This document shows, piece after piece, positions 18,343 to 27,238 of a stretch of 40,833 bases of DNA. Each line of letters starts with the position of its first letter. The stretch's first letter is position 1. The DNA is from Candidatus Bathyarchaeota archaeon. GTDB taxonomy: Archaea > Thermoproteota > Bathyarchaeia > 40CM-2-53-6. Under the pieces are notes generated by a model, which made no database searches, had not been told where the DNA came from, and was given only the letters and a program-made list of their open reading frames with translations. The translations under genes and the position numbers were made by a program. The stretch lies in assembly GCA_005883085.1 (NCBI GenBank), contig VBAY01000033.1, positions 1 to 40,833 of the forward strand. The letters run 5' to 3'.

Positions 18343-21204
18343 TTAATTGTTCCAGTAGGGCCTAGTTGCGATAAATTGCAGCTTAGCCTCTAGCAGGTCT
18401 CGATAGAATTCATCATCGCTCTCTTGCATCTTCGACAGAACCCTCCCGGCAGTCTGCGGTCCGATCCCATAGACAGACTGGGCGACCACAGCCCTCCTTC
18501 CGTATGCAATGACAAGGTCCGCTGAACGCCGCGTTCTCGTCAGAGTTTTCTGCTCGTTCTCGTCCAGCCACTGCTTGTCTCGTTTCTTGCGGAGAATGCT
18601 CGCAGCGTAGCCACTGGACCAGAAGAGGGGAGCTAGAAGTTTGGAGCCGCATTCTTGGCATAGTGGATGTTCAGGAAGACTAGCGATGATGACTTCTGTG
18701 GTAAGAGCGCCACAGTCGAAGCACAACATGTCGATGGCTCGTCCATCGATCGAAGCTCGCAGTCGAGTCATGTTGTCCATTGCAACATTTTCTGGGGCAA
18801 TCAGCTCGGGGATGTCGACATGTCGGTATAGGATGTGGTAGGCCAGTGGTGTGGGCCTATCTTTGGATCTGAAGAATCTCAGTTCCATTTTTCCTTCTTT
18901 GATTTGCTTGAAGATTCCTTTCGCGCCGTCGAAGTCAGAATGTTCCATCAGCGCTTCTCGGATCGTTTCGTCATAGATGGGAGTGAGTCGAAATCTTAGC
19001 ATCAGTTCCTTCATTGCATCTCCATACATGAGTCGTCCACGGCTTAGTGCTCCGAACCTTTCGGCGACGTGTTTCATGTGGAGTTGCCATGGGAAGTGGC
19101 GATGAAGCACTCCGTGCCATGCCCCGCCCAGTACAGATTCTTCTACCCCGAAGACTTGTTTCAGGAATAGATCCTCTAGATCCAAGTCAGAGGTGTCAGC
19201 TGTCATCTCAAAGAGAATTCGGTAAGGGTCCGACCACCACATTCGGACAAGGCCCTGCCGGCGGAAGAGTTCCTCGATAACTTCTCCGAGGGTGAAGTTG
19301 AGTATGTCTCCGAGATGGGTGTGAAGTATGATGTATCGGTCAAATCCCTCGATGAGGACTCGTTGATCGGTTGGAACGGGTGCTCCAGTGGCTTTGTGGG
19401 TTTTCATTTCTTCAATTAGCCGTCTTATTCCGTAGGAGTCGCAAGGCCAACGTTGGGAGAGGGTCTCAACCGATGTCGTGGTGTTTTCATCAAGTAGTTT
19501 ATCCACGATGGCTCGGTAGGTTCCGACTTTGGTGGCAAGGGCGCGAGGCACGGGAAGTATCTGGCCGTCCCAGCCTGGGATGGCGGCGGTGGGGTCGATG
19601 ATGGGAAGAACGTAGACCTTTCCATCGTCGGTGATCTGTTTGATCTGCCAGACCCGCCCCTTGACTATGAAGTTGAGTCCTACCCGTGCCTTGGTGATAA
19701 TGAATTCTTCCCCGAGAATGCCGACGTTTTGCTGGCTGGTGAGGTCTACAACCAGGTAGCGGCGTTCGTCTGGGATCATGCTCAGGTTTTCGAAATAGTA
19801 GAACCGGGTCCTGGAAGTGCGGTATAGTGCGGAATCATCCTTCTTGAGGTATCCCAACTTGCGCATGAATTCGATGACCTTGTCAAGCGGGCCATCCTCT
19901 AGGTCTTGGTATGGGTGGGCTCTCTTGATGATGTTCTTGGCTTGTGAGATCTCAAGGCTTCCGTCCGAGTCCATCAACACTCCAGCAATCTGATGGGCGA
20001 GCACGTCTAAGGCTCCAAGGTGGATAATAGTGTGCTCTAGTCGCCCCTCTGTTGCGAGCTCGATTACTCCGACAGATTCTAGGATATCTTCTGTAGAGAC
20101 TGAAACTAGAACTCCCTGGGAAGTTCTGGTGAGAGTATGACCTGACCGCCCTACGCGTTGAACGAGACTGTTCACTTGTCTCGGGGACATGTACTGTACG
20201 ACTAGATCAACGGACCCGATGTCTATTCCCAGTTCAAGAGTGGATGTGCACACGAGACCTTTGATTTCTCCGCCCTTGAATGCTTCTTCGGCTCGAACTC
20301 TTTCCTCTCTAGGGAGCGAGCCGTGGTGGACCATTATTTTCCGGTCCATCATGTTGAACTTCGATCCGAGCAGTTCTGCGTTGACCCGGCTGTTAACGAA
20401 GATTAGTGTAGAATCGTGAGCCTCTACCAGATCGTCTACGAGTGTAAGCCGCGCCGCAGCCTCGGGCGTAGTGTATAGTCGTCTGGCGAGGTCTCGATCC
20501 TCCTCACCTGGTGCAGGATACTGCACCTTGTACTTGGTCAGCTTGTTGAGTGGGATCTGTACTGTCTTGACAGGCTGATTGCCTCCGAGGAATAGTGCTA
20601 TCTCCTCGGGGTTGCCGACAGTAGCTGAGAGTCCCACTCTCTGGAAACCGTTAGCGCAGACCTCTCTGAGGCGCTCGAGACCGACGGTCAGTTGGACTCC
20701 TCTACGGTCGCCTGCCAGCTCGTGAATCTCATCGACTACGACAAATTTGACGTGACGAAGATGGTCCCTCATCCGTTTGCCCGGCAATACTGCTTGGAGG
20801 GTTTCCGGTGTTGTGATGAGAAGGTCGGGGGGTTTGATTGCCATCCGTCTTCGATCTTTGGCCGGAGTGTCTCCGTGTCGAACTTCGACCGAGAAGCCGA
20901 GCTTGTTGGACCATGTTTGGAGTCGCTTGAGGAGGTCTCGGTTTAGCGCTCTGAGCGGTGTAATGTAGATGAGTGAGATGCCCTGTCTGTCCGGATTCCG
21001 GATCATTCTATCGATTAGTGGAAGTAGTGCTGCCTCTGTCTTGCCTGAACCTGTGGGGGCGATAATGAGGACATTGTCGCCCTGCGCAATCAGTGGGATG
21101 GCTTCGACTTGTGGTGGGGTGGGTTTTGAGATTCCTGTCGCCTGGAGCAGTCCTTTCAGTGGTGGGGAGAGAAGGGCGAAGGTTTCCGGGGTCATGGACT
21201 CCAC
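18343..21204 (-). CDS. lhr: Lhr-type ATP-dependent DEAD/DEAH-box helicase (archaeal Lhr2-like)
   Basis: 953 aa. Walker A APTGSGKTEAALLP, DEIH box VVDEIHEL, SAT motif LSATVGNP, and HHGSL..E.R motif. Long C-terminal extension with a CFDCG...CQECG ribbon. Confidence 0.85.
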   Translation of the reverse strand: MESMTPETFALLSPPLKGLLQATGISKPTPPQVEAIPLIAQGDNVLIIAPTGSGKTEAALLPLIDRMIRNPDRQGISLIYITPLRALNRDLLKRLQTWSNKLGFSVEVRHGDTPAKDRRRMAIKPPDLLITTPETLQAVLPGKRMRDHLRHVKFVVVDEIHELAGDRRGVQLTVGLERLREVCANGFQRVGLSATVGNPEEIALFLGGNQPVKTVQIPLNKLTKYKVQYPAPGEEDRDLARRLYTTPEAAARLTLVDDLVEAHDSTLIFVNSRVNAELLGSKFNMMDRKIMVHHGSLPREERVRAEEAFKGGEIKGLVCTSTLELGIDIGSVDLVVQYMSPRQVNSLVQRVGRSGHTLTRTSQGVLVSVSTEDILESVGVIELATEGRLEHTIIHLGALDVLAHQIAGVLMDSDGSLEISQAKNIIKRAHPYQDLEDGPLDKVIEFMRKLGYLKKDDSALYRTSRTRFYYFENLSMIPDERRYLVVDLTSQQNVGILGEEFIITKARVGLNFIVKGRVWQIKQITDDGKVYVLPIIDPTAAIPGWDGQILPVPRALATKVGTYRAIVDKLLDENTTTSVETLSQRWPCDSYGIRRLIEEMKTHKATGAPVPTDQRVLIEGFDRYIILHTHLGDILNFTLGEVIEELFRRQGLVRMWWSDPYRILFEMTADTSDLDLEDLFLKQVFGVEESVLGGAWHGVLHRHFPWQLHMKHVAERFGALSRGRLMYGDAMKELMLRFRLTPIYDETIREALMEHSDFDGAKGIFKQIKEGKMELRFFRSKDRPTPLAYHILYRHVDIPELIAPENVAMDNMTRLRASIDGRAIDMLCFDCGALTTEVIIASLPEHPLCQECGSKLLAPLFWSSGYAASILRKKRDKQWLDENEQKTLTRTRRSADLVIAYGRRAVVAQSVYGIGPQTAGRVLSKMQESDDEFYRDLLEAKLQFIATRPYWNN

Positions 21205-21276
21205 TAGTAGGTGTGAGGATTGAGGATTCTCGAAGATAAACTTCCTAGGCGACCAAAAGTGTCGTCCTCCGGACTC

Positions 21277-21687
21277 TTATTTCTTCTCGGTTATTTTCTT
21301 CAAAAAGTCCTTGTAGTCGGGGGCTTTCATGAGACCGGGAAGTTCTCTCTTCAGATCTTCTGGCTGAATAATTGTGATCCAGCCATCTCCGTACGGATTC
21401 TTGTTGACCAGTTCGGGGGCATCAGAAAGAGTGTTGTTGACGTCGATAATGGTGCCTGAGATCGGGGAGTAGACGTCAGCGACGGCCTTTACTGATTCGA
21501 CTGTTCCGAGGCTTTGCATATGGGTTACTTTAGCGCCTATTTTTGGAAGGTCGACGTAGACGATTTCGTGCAACGAGTTTTGAGCATAGTCCGTTACTCC
21601 TACTCTACATTTGTCTCCTTCTAGCCTGACCCATTCATGCTCTTTCGTATAGTAGACATCTTCCGGAACCTTGAACTCGCCTTTCAT
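21277..21687 (-). CDS. gcvH: glycine cleavage system H protein
   Basis: 136 aa. YTKEHEWV and the lipoyl-lysine motif LGTVESVKAVADVYSPISG. Confidence 0.9.
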   Translation of the reverse strand: MKGEFKVPEDVYYTKEHEWVRLEGDKCRVGVTDYAQNSLHEIVYVDLPKIGAKVTHMQSLGTVESVKAVADVYSPISGTIIDVNNTLSDAPELVNKNPYGDGWITIIQPEDLKRELPGLMKAPDYKDFLKKITEKK

Positions 21688-21823
21688 CGCAGATCTTCCA
21701 GAGATCTATGGGGCGTTACGATTCGGTATAAAGATTCCAAGAAGGACTCTCTTCGGCTCCCGGTAGTGCTCCATCCGCCGGAATCGATCGAACTAATCTT
21801 GAGATAAGCGCTCTTCTCAGTCC

Positions 21824-22402
21824 TTAGCCTTGTATTCGATTGACCAGTTTTGGGATCTCTGTCCAGCTTTCGACTCTGAATACTTGGCGTAGTTCGGGGA
21901 CGGTTCTGTTCCAGGGTCGGCTGTATAGTATTCCCCACATTTTCGGGTTGCGTGAGATTAGGGGCATCAGTTCTGGAGCGTCGTCGATGTATACGCCGTA
22001 GTTGAGAAAGATCTTGTCTTTCCATCCCGGAACGCGTACGAACCGCTGATACGGTATCTTTTGCTCGGCGAGCCAGCTCTTTGCCGATTTGACGCTTTCT
22101 TTGCTGCGTCCTGTCACAACATCGATTTGTCCCAGGCGGGCGATCTTACGGACTTTTTCTGCCAGCCTAGGCTCCGTGGGCGGGATGCTTTCCCAGTCGT
22201 CCCATGCTTCGTCCAAGAACTGGAAGAACTGTTCTCTGCTAATTCCGAGCTTGCGCCAGGACGCCCAAGTATCGAGATCGGCAAGCGTGAGATTCGTGCC
22301 CAGAAACTCGTTGGCGTGTTTGCACCATGCTTCCATTGTTTCAGCTAGGACCCCGTCGAGATCGACTGCGATTTTCAACCGCTCATATCGATACTCTGGC
22401 AA
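21824..22402 (-). CDS. HAD-superfamily 5'(3')-deoxyribonucleotidase-like phosphatase
   Basis: Motif I IAVDLDGVLA near the N-terminus, with a later VTGR and a YIDD-type motif IV (GVYIDDAPE). Length 192 aa. Confidence 0.65.
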   Translation of the reverse strand: MPEYRYERLKIAVDLDGVLAETMEAWCKHANEFLGTNLTLADLDTWASWRKLGISREQFFQFLDEAWDDWESIPPTEPRLAEKVRKIARLGQIDVVTGRSKESVKSAKSWLAEQKIPYQRFVRVPGWKDKIFLNYGVYIDDAPELMPLISRNPKMWGILYSRPWNRTVPELRQVFRVESWTEIPKLVNRIQG

Positions 22403-22462
22403 TGTATGATCTCATTGTGTGAGGTGCGAGAGTCTTTAACCTTAGGCGAGATCCGGTTCGAC

Positions 22463-23071
22463 ATGCCGCGAGAGATGACCGTATCAGAGGGAATCAGCTC
22501 TCTTCGGTCTGTCCGGAAGTTCAAGTCTGACCCGATTCCTGAGGACAAGTTGAGGATCATCCTCGAGTCCGCGTCCAAAGCCGCATCCGGTAGCAATACT
22601 CAGCCATGGGAGTTCGTTGTGGTTCGTGATGCGGAGATGAAAGCGCGTCTCAAGGAACCAATGCTGAGAACATGGCTCGAGAGGCTTGCGGGTGGTTCAG
22701 GAATGTCTCAGCGTATGCGTGATGTCTATGATGATGCGACTGAGATGCTTCGGAATACCGAGACGGTGCCCGTGATAATCTATTGTTGCGTTGACCTCGA
22801 TCGTGTTGGGAAGAGTGAGGAGGTCCGGTACGCGAGCATCTATCCAGCAGTCCAGAACCTGATGCTTGCAGCCCATGGCCTAGGTCTCGCAACCTGCCTG
22901 ACTGTTCACGGGTCAACCCTGACTCGTGGAGAACTGGAGGTCAAGAAGCTGCTTGGGATTCCAGAACATGTTAAGATCGCATGCCTAGTCTATCTAGGCT
23001 ATCCAGCTGTCAGACTCGGCCGTCCCAAGAGGAAGCCAATTGAGAAATTCACACACTACGACCACTGGTAA
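22463..23071 (+). CDS. nitroreductase family protein
   Basis: RSVRKF and SGSNTQPWEFVVV motifs. The ORF-track start (22406) is only 3 nt from the divergent HAD start. The internal ATGs at 22463 or 22475 (MTVSEGISSLRSVRKF) fit the family N-terminus better. Confidence 0.8.
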   Translation: MPREMTVSEGISSLRSVRKFKSDPIPEDKLRIILESASKAASGSNTQPWEFVVVRDAEMKARLKEPMLRTWLERLAGGSGMSQRMRDVYDDATEMLRNTETVPVIIYCCVDLDRVGKSEEVRYASIYPAVQNLMLAAHGLGLATCLTVHGSTLTRGELEVKKLLGIPEHVKIACLVYLGYPAVRLGRPKRKPIEKFTHYDHW

Positions 23072-23197
23072 ATCGCACCCTCATCGGGTCCTTTCTAGTT
23101 TCTAAGCCCAAAGTAAACCCAGATTTGGAATCTGGGACACCATCAAATTCTCGCCCCCAAATTGTTCGGCAACTGACCTAAATTACACGTTAGCTTG

Positions 23198-23323
23198 CTT
23201 TGTGATCAAAGCCCGGATCCTGCCCTGAATCGCAAGACTCGCCGATTATCAATGCCAGACAGAAAATTTTCCCATCAAAAAATAGGGGGGGTATTGCACA
23301 GAACACCTCGCGACGCAAGAGTG
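23198..23323. repeat. copy B of the two-copy conserved intergenic element
   Basis: Same orientation and block order as copy A:
- Hairpin CTTTG-TGAT-CAAAG (23198-23211).
- GCCCTGAATC (23222-23231).
- ATGCCAGA (23252-23259).
- G7 tract (23285-23291).
- CCTCGCGACGCAAGAGTG (23306-23323). Confidence 0.6.
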
Positions 23324-23373
23324 CCTCTCTGGAAGGATAGGATTGCCCGCGGTCTAACCAGAGAATGAGGCTT

Positions 23374-23754
23374 CTACTGTTCGCTACCCGTTGAGGTCTC
23401 TCGCTTCTCGTCATCCTGGTTGAAGCTGGAACCGAGGTCAGAGAATATCGAACTTGTCTCAGTTGACGAAGACCCGAAAAGGGAACTGTCCGATGGCACC
23501 TGCCAAGACGGCAGTGTTGCGTCTGGACTCGCTGCAGTACTGGTAGTCGGCGTTTTCGCGGCGGGCCTGGGTTTCTTTCCCTCCTTTACGTATACTATTA
23601 CAGTCTTGTATGACTCGTGGCAGCCCTTACATCGTCCAACTTGGACAACTCGTTTGAGCTTGAGAGTATGAGTCTTGCAGCTGGGACAGTCTATGAAATG
23701 GGTTCGTACGACTGGCTCTTCCATATTGATAGTCTTCATCTGCAACACCTGCAA
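23374..23754 (-). CDS. zinc-ribbon protein with S/T/P-rich disordered acidic tail (hypothetical)
   Basis: CPSC...CKGC ribbon in the first 50 aa. This is followed by KKPRPAAKTPTTSTAASP... and a Ser-rich tail ending in DDEKRETSTGSEQ. The start may be an internal Met (MKTINMEEP). Confidence 0.5.
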   Translation of the reverse strand: MQVLQMKTINMEEPVVRTHFIDCPSCKTHTLKLKRVVQVGRCKGCHESYKTVIVYVKEGKKPRPAAKTPTTSTAASPDATLPSWQVPSDSSLFGSSSTETSSIFSDLGSSFNQDDEKRETSTGSEQ

Positions 23755-23942
23755 CCCTGTGACTCACGACATAGCCATTCTGTAACCCGCCCGGAACGCT
23801 AACCGTGACCTCTTCCCGATCGCAAAGACGAACTTCCCTGGGGCCCAGCTATCCCAAGGATGGATTATGATGATGGGAGACAAATGGCTAGTCCCGGATT
23901 TCAACAGCAGCGGTTTTGACACCCTTAAAAGTAACATAGGAC

Positions 23943-24518
23943 ATGAAATTTGAATACCAAAGGAAAGGGTCCAAGTTGAGCCAGCCGAGCAGCTCGTTTT
24001 ACGACAGGGCCAAATCTCAGACCAATCTGCAAGAGAAAATCATGCTCCTAATTCCGGGGTTTCATGGATACAAGGAGAGAGAGATCCGCCGTGAGTCAGA
24101 CAAGCTTCTCAGAAACCAGATCTACCAGAAACTGTCCAGTGCCGAAGCACAAGCGAAAGACACCTACAGGTCGCTAGTCAACCAAGGCCTCAACGACACA
24201 TGGGACGACACAGATCATCTCATGGCACGGCTCGACAGGGTCGTTGAACGAATCAACCACTCAGAATACGGGTACGCGGGTTTCTTTGATGTCACAAAGG
24301 TCAAAGAACCGGACTTGGACCGAATGATAGACTATGACATGCAACTCCTACGGATGACAGACAGTGTAACAGCCGCTATCCAGGGCCTCAGAGACTCTGT
24401 TGATAGTGGAAATGTTCAAGATGCTAAGGGAAAGATCTCCGAAGCGATGAAAGCTGTTGACGCGCTCGAGACCGCATATAATGGACGCAAGGACGTAATC
24501 CTCGGAGTCCAGCAGTAA
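23943..24518 (+). CDS. all-helical protein, translationally coupled to the SPFH gene (hypothetical)
   Basis: 191-aa ORF rich in charged heptad-like helices (YKEREIRRESDKLLRNQIYQKL...). Its stop overlaps the next start (TAATG). No recognisable family. Confidence 0.6.
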   Translation: MKFEYQRKGSKLSQPSSSFYDRAKSQTNLQEKIMLLIPGFHGYKEREIRRESDKLLRNQIYQKLSSAEAQAKDTYRSLVNQGLNDTWDDTDHLMARLDRVVERINHSEYGYAGFFDVTKVKEPDLDRMIDYDMQLLRMTDSVTAAIQGLRDSVDSGNVQDAKGKISEAMKAVDALETAYNGRKDVILGVQQ

Positions 24519-25489
24519 TGCCTCAAGTCATAGAATGGAGAGCAGCAGGCCCAGACGACATCGTCTGGCGGTACCCAGTAGAAGAAATCACCAACGCTGC
24601 ACAGTTAGTCGTTCATGAATATGAGACGGCGGTCTTTCTCAAAGACGGCAAAGCATACGACGTCTTCCCTCCAGGGAGACACACTCTTACAACTCTCAAC
24701 CTGCCTCTCATAACTTCGGCATACCGAATATTTTTCGGCGGCAAGACACCCTTCACAGCCACCGTCATATACGTCTCCACGAAACAGTTCGCCGGCAAGT
24801 GGGGCGCGAAGGCGCAGACTACAGAGCTAGCTCCCTTGATGGTTCATGGAGCCGCATGGTTTAGAGTAACCGACGCCAACTTGTTCGTTAACGAGGTTGT
24901 CGGGGGACAAGGAGCCTATACCACTCAGCAAGTGGACGATTTCATCCGAGGCTTCATCAACGAAAGAGTCATCGATGAAATGTCAAAATACGATCTTCAA
25001 ACCGCATTCACTCAACTCGACAAAGCATCGGTTACAGTGAAAGTCAACATCAACGACGCTCTGAAAAGAATAGGAACCGACCTTGTTGATTTCAAGTTCG
25101 AAGGCATCGATACCTCTGATCAGTTCCGAGATAGACTCTTCTGGATCAAACAGAAAGCAGCCACCTCAGACGTGTTGAGGATGGAGACCGCCAAGGACAT
25201 TGGATCAAGCATCGGCTCGTCTCCAGGCGCGGGCTTCGGAGCAGGAATGGTCCTCATACCCCAAGTGATGAACGCCCAGATGCAGCCATCCGCGCAACCC
25301 CAGGCAGCACTCGTCGCATGCCCCAAGTGCGGAAACGGTGTTCAACAAGGAGCCCGATTCTGCCCCAACTGCGGAGCCACCATGTTCGTACCGCCTCCCG
25401 CACAAGCCATGACGCCTTGTCCCAACTGCGGAAAACCGGTCGCCACGGGGACCAAATTCTGTCCAGAATGCGGGCAAAAAATGCGATAG
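24518..25489 (+). CDS. SPFH/Band-7 domain protein of the YdjI type with two C-terminal zinc ribbons
   Basis: N-terminus VIEWRAAGPDDIVWRYP..LVVHEYETAVFLKDGKAYDVFPPGRHTLTTLNLP matches the YdjI-like SPFH family pattern. C-terminal ribbons CPKCG..CPNCG and CPNCG..CPECG. Confidence 0.75.
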   Translation: MPQVIEWRAAGPDDIVWRYPVEEITNAAQLVVHEYETAVFLKDGKAYDVFPPGRHTLTTLNLPLITSAYRIFFGGKTPFTATVIYVSTKQFAGKWGAKAQTTELAPLMVHGAAWFRVTDANLFVNEVVGGQGAYTTQQVDDFIRGFINERVIDEMSKYDLQTAFTQLDKASVTVKVNINDALKRIGTDLVDFKFEGIDTSDQFRDRLFWIKQKAATSDVLRMETAKDIGSSIGSSPGAGFGAGMVLIPQVMNAQMQPSAQPQAALVACPKCGNGVQQGARFCPNCGATMFVPPPAQAMTPCPNCGKPVATGTKFCPECGQKMR

Positions 25490-25635
25490 GCCACACCGTT
25501 ATAGACTCGCAGTCCAGCCCAGACTCACTTGGCCACAACGTGTTCGCATTACGATACGTTATCTCGTCTCAAGACAAGAGTATAAGAATCGGACAGGCGA
25601 AACAAGGCGGTTCCTGAAAGGTTACCAGAACAGAC

Positions 25636-26214
25636 ATGATAAAGAAGCTGGACGGACAATTCGTTGTTCCAGGAGTAAGACTTGGCGTCGTCGAAGAGTT
25701 CATGCCGGGTCGCGGAACAGTCGAGGTGGAAGGAACAGTCTACTCATCCCAGACCGGAGTAGCCGCAGTCGATTCCAACCGCCACATAGTCTCGGTAAAA
25801 ACCTCGGCAGGACCCCCGATCGTCCCCGAAGAAGGATCCACAATCTTAGGCGTCGTCGAAAAAGTCCAAGAGAAAATGGCCATCATCAACATCATCGTAG
25901 TTGACGGGCACAAGCTGCAACCACCGTTCACGGGCATGCTGCACATCTCCAACTCTAGCCCAAGATTCGAGCGTTTCATGGGCGATGTCTGCAAACCTAA
26001 CGACATTATCCGGGGAAAAGTAATCGATGTGAGCCAGCGGATCCCGAAGCTGACAACCGTCGGACGGGACATGGGCGTGATCAAAGCCTACTGCTCGAGG
26101 TGCGGAGGTGAGCTCGTCCTGTCAGGACGAATTCTCCGTTGTGTGCTGTGCCTAAATGTTGAGAGAAGACGACTGGCAGAAGATTTTGGGGCTGGAGGCA
26201 ACGTGCCAAGTTGA
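25636..26214 (+). CDS. csl4: exosome complex RNA-binding protein Csl4
   Basis: N-terminal VVPGVRLG..EEF.PG.GT, a central S1-like domain, and a C-terminal zinc ribbon CSRCGG...CVLC. Followed by rpoL, as in many archaea. Confidence 0.8.
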   Translation: MIKKLDGQFVVPGVRLGVVEEFMPGRGTVEVEGTVYSSQTGVAAVDSNRHIVSVKTSAGPPIVPEEGSTILGVVEKVQEKMAIINIIVVDGHKLQPPFTGMLHISNSSPRFERFMGDVCKPNDIIRGKVIDVSQRIPKLTTVGRDMGVIKAYCSRCGGELVLSGRILRCVLCLNVERRRLAEDFGAGGNVPS

Positions 26215-26504
26215 AGGTTAACGTATTGAAGAAGTCCAAGGGATTCCTCAAGGTTGAGATGGAAGGAGAAGGACACACCTTCGGCCATCTAATGCAGGAC
26301 GCACTTCTTGAAGACAAGACAGTGGATTGGGCAGGCTACGACCTTCCACACCCACTCTTCACCAAACCCGTCATAACCTTGAGAATGAAAGGCGAGTCCT
26401 CCGCTGAGAAAGCTTTAGAGCGAGCCGCGAAAAAGGTCCACTCGGACACCGAGGAATTCATAGAAAAGTTCAGTGCCGCAATAACGGCCGAAGCTGAAAA
26501 CTAG
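26211..26504 (+). CDS. rpoL: DNA-directed RNA polymerase subunit L (Rpo11)
   Basis: TTG start overlapping the csl4 stop (TTGA). GEGHTFGHLMQDALLED...AGYDLPHPL matches the RpoL signature. Confidence 0.85.
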   Translation: MKVNVLKKSKGFLKVEMEGEGHTFGHLMQDALLEDKTVDWAGYDLPHPLFTKPVITLRMKGESSAEKALERAAKKVHSDTEEFIEKFSAAITAEAEN

Positions 26505-26518
26505 CCGGAGACCGCCCT

Positions 26519-27196
26519 CTGCCATCGAGGGGCATCATCTTCGATTTTGACGGCACACTCTACGGAGACTGGAGACTCTGGATTTCCCTGATCGAAGAGA
26601 CCCTCAGAGAATTCAACCTCACAGTCGCAGGTTACGAAGCTCTCGAGCTGGCCCGAAACCTCATCAGAGGTGGGCAAGCACGAGAGACCCTGAAGATAAG
26701 CGGACTGGCCGTCTCACTCGCCCGAGAACAAGGACTCGACCGCGACGAGGAGGTTCGCGCTAGATTCTTCGAGAAACTAGACGCCAAAATGGATGGGACG
26801 GGACCTGGAAAAGATCTAGTCGGACTCTTGGAACAACTTCGTCAGAAAGGGTTCATCATGGGCTTAGTGACTTTCGTACGAAAAACACGGCTTACCAAAC
26901 GTTTGGACACGTGGAAACTAGGAGACTACTTCAGTTGCGCGGTTACCCCAGAGCAAGTTGCGGAATTCAAACCATCACCGCAACCCTACCTAAAAGCGAT
27001 CGAGGAGTTCCACCTCAAGCCAAGAGACTGTTTTGTCATCGGAGATGAGCCCGTGGACATGATGGGCGGAAAACGGGCGGGGACAAAAACGATAGGAATG
27101 CCCCAGGGATTCTATTCACGAGAAGAATTAGAAGAGGCAGGCGCCGAGTCGATAATAACCTCACTAAACGAGTTACCACCCCTCCTCTTCAAATGA
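26519..27196 (+). CDS. HAD-superfamily phosphatase (PGP-like); start codon non-canonical or unresolved
   Basis: The frame is open from 26498. It encodes motif I IIFDFDGTL at 26534-26560, motif II GLVTF, a Lys in FKPSPQPY, and motif IV GDEPVDMMGG. The first ATG/GTG/TTG in frame is only at 26789, which would delete the catalytic Asp. CTG at 26519 (GGAG 8 nt upstream) or ATC at 26534 are the candidate starts. Confidence 0.6.
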   Translation: MPSRGIIFDFDGTLYGDWRLWISLIEETLREFNLTVAGYEALELARNLIRGGQARETLKISGLAVSLAREQGLDRDEEVRARFFEKLDAKMDGTGPGKDLVGLLEQLRQKGFIMGLVTFVRKTRLTKRLDTWKLGDYFSCAVTPEQVAEFKPSPQPYLKAIEEFHLKPRDCFVIGDEPVDMMGGKRAGTKTIGMPQGFYSREELEEAGAESIITSLNELPPLLFK

Positions 27197-27238
27197 GCAC
27201 CTTCAATAGCCCATGAAATATTGTCAGCGTGATCACAG

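Noticed and set aside
21684-22025. 113-aa minus-strand ORF overlapping the 3' part of the HAD nucleotidase gene
   Set aside because: It is an alternative frame of a region already explained by a recognisable HAD protein. The translation is Arg/Ser/Thr-rich and has no motif.
7433-23323. Idea that the two direct copies of the element delimit a 15.8-kb integrated island (att-like repeats)
   Set aside because: The copies are conserved only block-wise, with different spacers, whereas att sites are normally exact. No integrase, transposase or phage genes lie between them. The content (HtpX, MsrB, Lhr, GcvH and others) is chromosomal housekeeping, and I saw no obvious compositional break.
23190-23414. 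74-aa minus-strand ORF over copy B of the element
   Set aside because: It shares only LLRRE with the copy A ORF, after which the frames diverge because of indels. It overlaps the 3' end of the real zinc-ribbon gene. Conservation is at the nucleotide level, not the protein level.
26493-26504. Programmed -1 frameshift fusing RpoL to the downstream HAD frame
   Set aside because: The HAD frame is the -1 frame relative to rpoL, and GAA-AAC precedes the stop. However, there is no X-XXY-YYZ slippery heptamer. The P-site codon could not re-pair (GAA to TGA). An RpoL-phosphatase fusion also has no precedent I know of.
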